Under the pieces are notes generated by a model. It did not search any database. It saw only the letters and a list, made by a program, of their open reading frames with translations, and was not told the origin of the DNA. From the IMG/VR virus record IMGVR_UViG_3300045988_091682: DNA of 40,601 nt; one strand, written 5' to 3'. The stretch comes from a virus. This document shows, piece by piece, positions 35,179 to 40,601 of this stretch (position 1 is the first letter of the stretch; each line of letters opens with the position of its first letter). The position numbers and the translations under genes were made by a program.

Positions 35179-36525
35179 ATGGCACAGGTTAACAAATACG
35201 CAGATCGGGCCGCTTATACGGCCGACGCGAAACGTCTTTCAACGAAATCGGCCGTTTCGTTCATCGAAAATGAAACGACAACGATTTACGACGGTGTGAA
35301 TACCGTCGTCGGAAAATCGGCTGCCGCCATCGGGGATCTCGCCGTTTTCGATAAAACGGACGGGGTTATCAAATACATCAAAAGCGCAACGATTGCCAAG
35401 GCGCAGATTCCAGCAAACCTTGTACCGCTGGCCGTCGTCTATGCGCGACAAGGTGAACAGCTATTGATCGTATCGCTCGACCATGTTTCGGGCAGCATCC
35501 GCTGGGCACATACCTACGAGGTTGCATTGTCGGGTTTCGATCTCGCTGCGGGCGGCACAATCGTGTTGAAGCTCGGTTCCGACCCTGCCGCCGCAGAGGT
35601 GTCGATAGCGTATACCGCAGGCGCAACGCTCGCGGATGTTGCATCGGCTATCAACGCGAAACTCAAAGGTGGGACACCCAATTACTCCTCGACGGATTAT
35701 GGCGGATGGGCGGCGACTGCGGCGGACAATTTCGTCGTGATGGGTTCGAACACGTATAACGCCTCCCGTGCGGCGATTGCCGTTGTTGGCGGTTGTCAGA
35801 TCGCAAGGACACCGGAAGACATTAACTACCAAACAACGTTGACGGGGGTGTTGATCGAGGGGTCAACCGAATATGTCCGCCGCAACAACGGCGTTAATTC
35901 GTCGTTTGCGGGCTGTAATCCCGAAAAATTCCTGCAATACTATTCGGCCAACGGAACCGATACCACAGGAATCAAACCCGGAAGTAGCACCATAATTCGG
36001 GAAAGCGCTTTTACGGAAGAGGCCAACCCGGAACTGGTCGCCGCCTATCCAACCTACCGGGATTATCTGTTCGGAGAACATTTGCTGCAATATCCCGCAG
36101 CCTACGGCGCGCTGCTTCGTGATGGCAAGGCCAACACGCACCTGATCGGCGGTCTGCGGTTCGTCGACATCCACGGCGAAAGCGTTCCCCGTTATCCGGC
36201 CGCTGCGGCCGCTCTCGACTACGGCGTCACGGTCGAGGGCGCAACTACCGGACTGGAAGCGGGCGCATGGTGGCTGCCGTCCGTCGATGAAGTCTACCTG
36301 CTCATGCACGACCGCGTGCTAACGTCCGCCGACCGGGAAAGCGACCCTGTAAACCGCACGCTGTCGCGCCTCGGTAAGACGACCTGCTACGGATCGGGTT
36401 ATTATCCGTGGACATCGTGCGAGTACAATTCCATCAACGCGTTCTTCTACAACGGCAACGCGGGCAACGTGAACAACAACAACAAGTATAGCACGCTCGC
36501 CGTGCGTCCGGTTTCCGCTTTGTAA
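35179..36525 (+). CDS. DGR variable protein 1: putative receptor-binding/tail-fibre protein with a DUF1566/C-type-lectin-fold-like C-terminus
   Basis: 448 aa. The motif GAWWLPSVDEVYLLM is present. The C-terminus EYNSINAFFYNGNAGNVNNNNKYSTLAVRPVSAL is encoded by VR1. Confidence 0.85.
   Translation: MAQVNKYADRAAYTADAKRLSTKSAVSFIENETTTIYDGVNTVVGKSAAAIGDLAVFDKTDGVIKYIKSATIAKAQIPANLVPLAVVYARQGEQLLIVSLDHVSGSIRWAHTYEVALSGFDLAAGGTIVLKLGSDPAAAEVSIAYTAGATLADVASAINAKLKGGTPNYSSTDYGGWAATAADNFVVMGSNTYNASRAAIAVVGGCQIARTPEDINYQTTLTGVLIEGSTEYVRRNNGVNSSFAGCNPEKFLQYYSANGTDTTGIKPGSSTIIRESAFTEEANPELVAAYPTYRDYLFGEHLLQYPAAYGALLRDGKANTHLIGGLRFVDIHGESVPRYPAAAAALDYGVTVEGATTGLEAGAWWLPSVDEVYLLMHDRVLTSADRESDPVNRTLSRLGKTTCYGSGYYPWTSCEYNSINAFFYNGNAGNVNNNNKYSTLAVRPVSAL
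36419..36517 (+). repeat. DGR variable repeat VR1
   Basis: 99 nt align without gaps to TR 37055..37153. There are 6 substitutions, all at TR adenines. Confidence 0.9.
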
Positions 36526-36547
36526 AAACAGTTTTCAGTTTTTAATT

Positions 36548-36580
36548 CCCGCGCCGCATCGCGTCGGCGTGCGGTGCGGG
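36548..36580 (+). promoter_or_regulatory. GC hairpin downstream of VR1
   Basis: 10-bp stem cccgcgccgc / gcggtgcggg (one G-T pair) with a 13-nt loop. It is preceded by attcccgcgcc. Confidence 0.6.
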
Positions 36581-36596
36581 TTCGCAAGTTAGACCT

Positions 36597-36991
36597 ATGG
36601 CAAAGAAATTATCTATCCTCGACAAAACGTTCCAACTGGCGTTGCTCCTGCATCGCCGGACGGCGGAATTCAATCGCAAATACAAATTCACTATCGGCGA
36701 CCGCATCGACGTTGTGGCAGAGGAAGCGCAGGAAATGATACTGCGGGCGAATCATCAAACCGACCCGAAACGGGCCGCAAAATCATCTACGATTTCGTCC
36801 TGCGTATTGACACCCTGTCGCTAAAACTGCGGATGGCCGTTGCGCTGGGTCTGATGAGTGACGACGCAAAAGCACAATGCGATATGCTTATCGCAAAGAT
36901 TAAAGACGAGGCGAGGGGTTGGCGAAACTATTTTCTGCGTGGCGAGGGTGTCGTCGGCAAGAGCAACGGGCCGTCGGCAGAGAGCCTATAA
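36597..36991 (+). pseudogene. avd: Avd (DGR accessory variability determinant, four-helix-bundle family) with a frameshift
   Basis: The N-terminal half is MAKKLSILDKTFQLALLLHRR...ILRANHQTDPKR. The C-terminal half, read by hand in the other frame, is IIYDFVLRIDTLSLKLRMAVALGLMSDDAKAQCDMLIAKIKDEARGWRNYFLR.... The frames meet near the A4 run at 36779..36782. Length is 395 nt, one nt short of a multiple of 3. Confidence 0.7.
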
Positions 36992-37041
36992 TTATTATTT
37001 TGAAAAGGGTTTGCATACTATCATTCATAGTTATACCGACA

Positions 37042-38439
37042 ATGCAAAAAACTGGCGAGTACAATTCCAACAACGCGTTCATCTACAACGGCAACACGGG
37101 CAACGTGAACAACAACAACAAGTATAACACGAACGCCGTGCGTCCGGTTTCCGAATTTCAAGGTAATGTAGACCCTTTCGCCTCGTTCTATAAATCAATG
37201 CGGGCGGCATATCGCCTATGCTTAAAAAACAAAGTGCATACCGCTAACGCGATACGCTTTTGGCTTGATGAAGAAAGCGAGCTTGTCGCGCTCGCCCGCG
37301 AGGTGTTCAACTGCGAATATGTCCCGCGGCAATCCATCGCATTTATCGTTACGAAACCATGCCTGCGCGAAGTGGTAGCCGCCGATTTCCGCGACCGAAT
37401 CGTGCAGCACTATATCGTCATGCGCCTCGAAGCTCTTTTCGAGGAATGCGGAACACTCGACGATAACATGTTCAGTTGCCGCGTCGGGAAAGGCAACCTT
37501 GCGGCCATACAGGCCCTACAACAGCAGATATTCCACCAGTCGAAAGGTTATACCGCCGACTGTTATGTGGCAAAATTCGACCTGCAATCATTCTTTATGA
37601 GCATCGACAAACGCCGTCTTTACGACGAGTTGGTCGCATTGGTCGCCAAACGCTACGAGGGATGGGATAAGGATACGCTGTTGTATCTTATCCGCGTCGT
37701 TACGCTGCATAATCCGCAGGACAACGCCGTGCGGAAAACTCCACTTTGCGATTGGGCTGACCTGCCGCGCTCGAAGAGCCTCTACAATGTCGATTGGTTC
37801 CTCGGTTTAGCCATCGGGAACCTCACGTCGCAATCCGACGCGAATTTCTACAACGCACCCGCGATGCGGTGGATGCGCTCCGTTGGCCTCGCTCCTGTGA
37901 ACTACGTCGATGATTTCGCATTCGTCGTCCGGGATAAGGCATCGTTTCTTACGGCCATGCCTTATATTCGAAACTATTTCGCCGCAGAACGGGGACTGAC
38001 GATGCACCCGCGGAAATTCTACCTGCAACACTACTCGAAAGGCATCAAGTTTTTAGGTGCGGTTATCAAATACAACCGCGTCTACACGAACAACCAAACC
38101 GTCGCACGGTGTTTCGGAAAGATTCACTACTACAACGAAGCGTGCCGACACAGTAGCCGCCGCAAGGCCCGGCATGTCGAGAAGCTGGCGACAATCCTAA
38201 ACTCCTATTTGGGGTTGATGCGGCATTTCGATACGTTCAACATTCGTAAACGCATCGCCGCAGAGGTCGGAACCGTATGGTGCGACTATATCCGTTTCGA
38301 CGACGACATCACGACGGCAACGGTCGTCAAACATTTCCGGCAACGGGAAATCTGCAAATACAACGTCCGCAAACAACGCAGACGCGATTTATTCACACTC
38401 AAAAACTTACTCAACGATGGAAACACAGCAGCAAATTAA
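37042..38439 (+). CDS. DGR reverse transcriptase (start uncertain: ATG 37042 or ATG 37198)
   Basis: The catalytic motif is NYVDDFAFVV (YxDD). The DGR-RT signature is LAIGNLTSQSDANFYN (xGNxxSQ). The conserved N-terminal region FASFYKSMRAAYRLCLKNK begins upstream of the ATG at 37198. Confidence 0.9.
   Translation: MQKTGEYNSNNAFIYNGNTGNVNNNNKYNTNAVRPVSEFQGNVDPFASFYKSMRAAYRLCLKNKVHTANAIRFWLDEESELVALAREVFNCEYVPRQSIAFIVTKPCLREVVAADFRDRIVQHYIVMRLEALFEECGTLDDNMFSCRVGKGNLAAIQALQQQIFHQSKGYTADCYVAKFDLQSFFMSIDKRRLYDELVALVAKRYEGWDKDTLLYLIRVVTLHNPQDNAVRKTPLCDWADLPRSKSLYNVDWFLGLAIGNLTSQSDANFYNAPAMRWMRSVGLAPVNYVDDFAFVVRDKASFLTAMPYIRNYFAAERGLTMHPRKFYLQHYSKGIKFLGAVIKYNRVYTNNQTVARCFGKIHYYNEACRHSSRRKARHVEKLATILNSYLGLMRHFDTFNIRKRIAAEVGTVWCDYIRFDDDITTATVVKHFRQREICKYNVRKQRRRDLFTLKNLLNDGNTAAN
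37055..37153 (+). repeat. DGR template repeat (TR)
   Basis: 99 nt with 33 adenines and 11 AAC codons in the VR reading frame. It is the donor-like copy, because the positions where VR1 and VR2 differ are A in TR. Confidence 0.9.
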
Positions 38440-38677
38440 CGAATTACAGTCGCGCCAGTTGGAACTGCGCGCGATCATGGCATCGTCGGACGAACGGGCC
38501 GCGAAATGCTTCAAAAACGGAACGTCGTTTCGTGAAACATACCCCGACGATTTCGCCCGATACGAGGCCGCAAACACCGAATACAACCGAAACGAACAGA
38601 CGCTGGCCAAACTCGAAGCGACGCGAGATGCGGAACGAGCCGAGGAAGAGCAGGCGCATAACATCGACGCCGTATGA
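38417..38677 (+). CDS. Hypothetical coiled-coil protein
   Basis: 86-aa ORF that overlaps the end of the RT gene. Confidence 0.5.
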   Translation: METQQQINELQSRQLELRAIMASSDERAAKCFKNGTSFRETYPDDFARYEAANTEYNRNEQTLAKLEATRDAERAEEEQAHNIDAV

Positions 38678-39162
38678 ACCCGCTAACCGAACAATCGACA
38701 ATGACCGAAACCGTCGTGCGGAACTCGGCGACAGCGATATTGACGTCGATTTTCTATCAAGCGCTTGCGGATTCGATCATTTGGTTGGTCGTTGCAGCTG
38801 TGGTTATCGTCTGCGATCTCTTTTTCGGCTGTGAAGCAGCCCGAAAAAGGGGTGAGCGTGTGCGCATTTCGCGGGCAGTTCGCCGCACGGTCAACAAAAT
38901 GTGCGAATACCTGTGCTGGGTCATGCTCGGCATTACTATTTCGATAGGATTTGCCGCCGACTGGCTGAAATACCTGATTTTCGCCATCATTTACGGTAAT
39001 GAACTATCGTCGTGCTTGTCTAACTATTTTGCAGCAAAAGGCAAGCGGATAACATTTAACGTCTTTTCGTTGCTGGGGCGACGGCTCGGTATTGACGAAC
39101 TCGAACAATGCCACATCGAGGAAGACAACCGGGCTGAAAAAGTAAATAAAGACACATATTAA
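38674..39162 (+). CDS. Putative holin
   Basis: 162 aa with 3-4 hydrophobic segments (IIWLVVAAVVIVCDLFFG, YLCWVMLGITISIGF, YLIFAIIYGNEL). It lies upstream of the endolysin. Confidence 0.6.
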   Translation: MNPLTEQSTMTETVVRNSATAILTSIFYQALADSIIWLVVAAVVIVCDLFFGCEAARKRGERVRISRAVRRTVNKMCEYLCWVMLGITISIGFAADWLKYLIFAIIYGNELSSCLSNYFAAKGKRITFNVFSLLGRRLGIDELEQCHIEEDNRAEKVNKDTY

Positions 39163-39174
39163 ATCGGATTCGAT

Positions 39175-39450
39175 ATGAATTACATTTTGAAAAAGGCCCT
39201 CGAAATGGCCGCAGTTTTGGAAAAAGTGAGCGACTTTTTCCTGTTCAAGTCGAACCGCATTCTGCACCTGCTCGGATGCCTTATCGGTTCAGCTTTACTC
39301 GGCTGGGAATTTGGCGTCGGCGCAGGATTGACGGCTGAAATCAAAGATATGCAAAGCGGCGGACGCTGGGACTGGCTCGATATTGCCGCCGACGCTATCG
39401 GTACGCTGGTCGGCGAGATCGTACATTTCGCAATCTTCAAACGCTGGTAG
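39175..39450 (+). CDS. Small membrane protein in the lysis cassette
   Basis: 91 aa with hydrophobic segments. Confidence 0.5.
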   Translation: MNYILKKALEMAAVLEKVSDFFLFKSNRILHLLGCLIGSALLGWEFGVGAGLTAEIKDMQSGGRWDWLDIAADAIGTLVGEIVHFAIFKRW

Positions 39451-39452
39451 GT

Positions 39453-39860
39453 ATGGCACAGCATTTCACTCTTTCCGAATTGCTCCACTCTGACACGGCG
39501 GAAGCAAGGGGAATCCAGAACACGCCGCCACACGACGTTCTCCGACGCCTGAATTACCTAATGGATAACTGCCTCGACCCAATCCGTCGGCTATGGGGCA
39601 AACCTATCGGCGTAAACAGCGGGTATCGGTCGCCAGCCCTCAATGCTGCCGTCGGAGGCGTGGCGACCAGCCAGCACGTCAAAGGCGAAGCCGCTGATAT
39701 AACGACGGGAACGGTCGAGGGGAACAAGCAACTATTCGACATGATCTGCGCAAGCGATATTTCGTTCGACCAACTTATCGACGAACGCAATTTCCGCTGG
39801 CTTCACATTTCCTGTAAAATGGGAGGCATCGGTAATCGTCGTGCTATCCTGCATTTGTAA
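39453..39860 (+). CDS. Peptidase M15-family endolysin
   Basis: 135 aa. SGYRSPALNAAVGGVATSQHVKGEAADI and WLHIS correspond to the Zn-ligand H..D...H pattern of the M15 family. Confidence 0.75.
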   Translation: MAQHFTLSELLHSDTAEARGIQNTPPHDVLRRLNYLMDNCLDPIRRLWGKPIGVNSGYRSPALNAAVGGVATSQHVKGEAADITTGTVEGNKQLFDMICASDISFDQLIDERNFRWLHISCKMGGIGNRRAILHL

Positions 39861-39864
39861 GCCT

Positions 39865-40383
39865 ATGAAAAGATACTATTTCGCAATAGTGGCAGCCGTT
39901 CTACTTTGCGCGTGTGCATCCACGCGCAACACCTCGCGTTCATCCACACAGGAGCGCGTCGAAGAGCGGGCCGAATCGGAGCGGCAAACCTCAACGCAGG
40001 AGCAGACGGAGGAGCAGCGCGACGTCGTAACGATTTCGAAAACCACGACGGAAACGAAATCGACGACAACCATCTACGATACGAGCAGCCCCGCTGCCGA
40101 CAGCTTGGGAATCCCGCCGCCCCAGCAGACGACCACAACGGAAACGAAAACCACAAACACGACGGCAACCGTCGATAAATCCGTTATTCGTCAGATCGTC
40201 GACGAGCAATTACGCGAAGCCGCCAACGAACAAACCACGACGAACAAACAGGAAGACACAAGCACGGAAGAGATCAAAGAGGATTCGACACCGAAGAACC
40301 TGCGTTGGCTCGGCATCATTGCAATCTGCACAACTGTCATTATGGGATGTTTTTTCGTACTCCGTTTTGTCGGTCGAAAATAA
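39865..40383 (+). CDS. Unimolecular-spanin candidate (N-terminal lipoprotein signal plus C-terminal transmembrane domain)
   Basis: The start is set at MKRYYFAIVAAVLLCAC (lipobox-like). A Thr/Glu/Gln-rich linker follows. The C-terminal segment is WLGIIAICTTVIMGCFFVLRFV. It is the last gene of the lysis cassette. Confidence 0.55.
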   Translation: MKRYYFAIVAAVLLCACASTRNTSRSSTQERVEERAESERQTSTQEQTEEQRDVVTISKTTTETKSTTTIYDTSSPAADSLGIPPPQQTTTTETKTTNTTATVDKSVIRQIVDEQLREAANEQTTTNKQEDTSTEEIKEDSTPKNLRWLGIIAICTTVIMGCFFVLRFVGRK

Positions 40384-40396
40384 GTTTATATCTTTG
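40366..40396 (+). promoter_or_regulatory. Bacteroidota-type promoter (-33 TTTG, -7 TATCTTTG)
   Basis: TTTG lies at 40366..40369 and TATCTTTG at 40389..40396, with 19-nt spacing. The promoter straddles the stop codon of the spanin candidate. Confidence 0.4.
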
Positions 40397-40427
40397 TACC
40401 GATGTCGTTTTACGGCATCGTGCGTTG

Positions 40428-40459
40428 TGCGGGTGTTGCTTCGGCGACCCCGCATTTTT
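40428..40459 (+). terminator. Intrinsic terminator with a UUCG-capped stem
   Basis: The sequence is tgcggg(t)gttgc-ttcg-gcgaccccgca. The stem is about 11 bp with one bulge, followed by T5 (40455..40459). Confidence 0.7.
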
Positions 40460-40465
40460 GCAAAA

Positions 40466-40485
40466 GTTGTCAAATTGTTGTCAAA
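40466..40485. promoter_or_regulatory. Two GTTGTCAAA repeats spaced 11 bp apart (putative arm-type sites)
   Basis: gttgtcaaa occurs at 40466..40474 and 40477..40485. Confidence 0.4.
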
Positions 40486-40546
40486 TATTTTTCACCTCGA
40501 TTCGCAATTTGCTGAATATAGGGTTTATACGTTAGATAAATACAAG

Positions 40547-40601
40547 GTTTCCTAAACATTGGGGCAGAGCGGAACACGACATTCGGGCGGAACTATATAC
40601 A
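40547..40601. repeat. 55-bp terminal direct repeat, right copy
   Basis: Identical to 1..55. Confidence 0.95.

Noticed and set aside
36779-36782. Programmed -1 ribosomal frameshifting as the explanation for the split Avd
   Set aside because: There is no canonical X XXY YYZ slippery heptamer or obvious downstream pseudoknot at the junction. A one-nucleotide indel, real or artefactual, in the A-run is the simpler explanation.
36858-37127. 89-aa ORF spanning the Avd 3' end and the TR, and the 36919 start of the RT ORF
   Set aside because: Frame analysis shows that the real Avd C-terminal half is in a different frame and ends at 36991. The 36919..37041 stretch overlaps Avd and looks non-protein-like. 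The RT start is more plausibly 37042 or 37198.

Overview
The window is a complete temperate tailed-phage genome. It has about 40,546 bp of unique sequence, and an exact 55-bp direct repeat sits at the two window ends (1..55 = 40547..40601). That repeat indicates a circular or terminally redundant molecule, or an assembly overlap. Nearly all genes are on the + strand; the exception is a four-gene lysogeny operon at 2440..4988 on the - strand. There are no Shine-Dalgarno sequences, but several TAnnTTTG -7 boxes occur, some with a TTTG -33 box about 19-20 nt upstream. This points to a Bacteroidota host and is an inference, not a search result.

Modules in order:
- Junction/attP-like region with a tRNA-Arg(CCT) and a tyrosine integrase.
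- Repressor-linked accessory operon: S24 cI-like repressor, YbjQ-like lipoprotein, HsdR-N-type nuclease-like protein and a CI-type HTH protein.
- Early genes.
- Recombination and replication: Rad50/SbcC-like ATPase, RecT, MBL hydrolase, an initiator with internal iterons, a PAPS-reductase-like gene, VRR-NUC, a ParB-like protein and a GT-A-like protein.
- Terminase small and large subunits.
- Virion genes: tape measure, ClpP-type protease/scaffold, capsid, portal-like protein and fibres.
- Lysis cassette: holin, M15 peptidase and a unimolecular-spanin candidate.

The main finding is a diversity-generating retroelement (DGR) at 35179..38439, organised as target gene, Avd, template repeat (TR) and reverse transcriptase (RT). 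Its 99-nt TR matches two variable repeats (VRs). One VR lies at the 3' end of the adjacent 448-aa fibre-like protein. The second lies about 31 kb away, at the 3' end of a 152-aa leaderless early-region protein. Mismatches fall almost only at TR adenines.

Secondary observations:
- Frameshifts in homopolymers break the Avd gene and the PAPS-reductase-like gene.
- Four G9-G10 tracts are all G on the same DNA strand.
- An ori-like iteron array lies inside the initiator gene.
- A hairpin plus -7 box cassette is duplicated ahead of two late operons.
- 11-bp-phased repeats occur in the immunity region and around the junction.

No rRNA genes, CRISPR arrays or IS elements were seen. All homology statements rest on motifs read by eye; no database search was possible.
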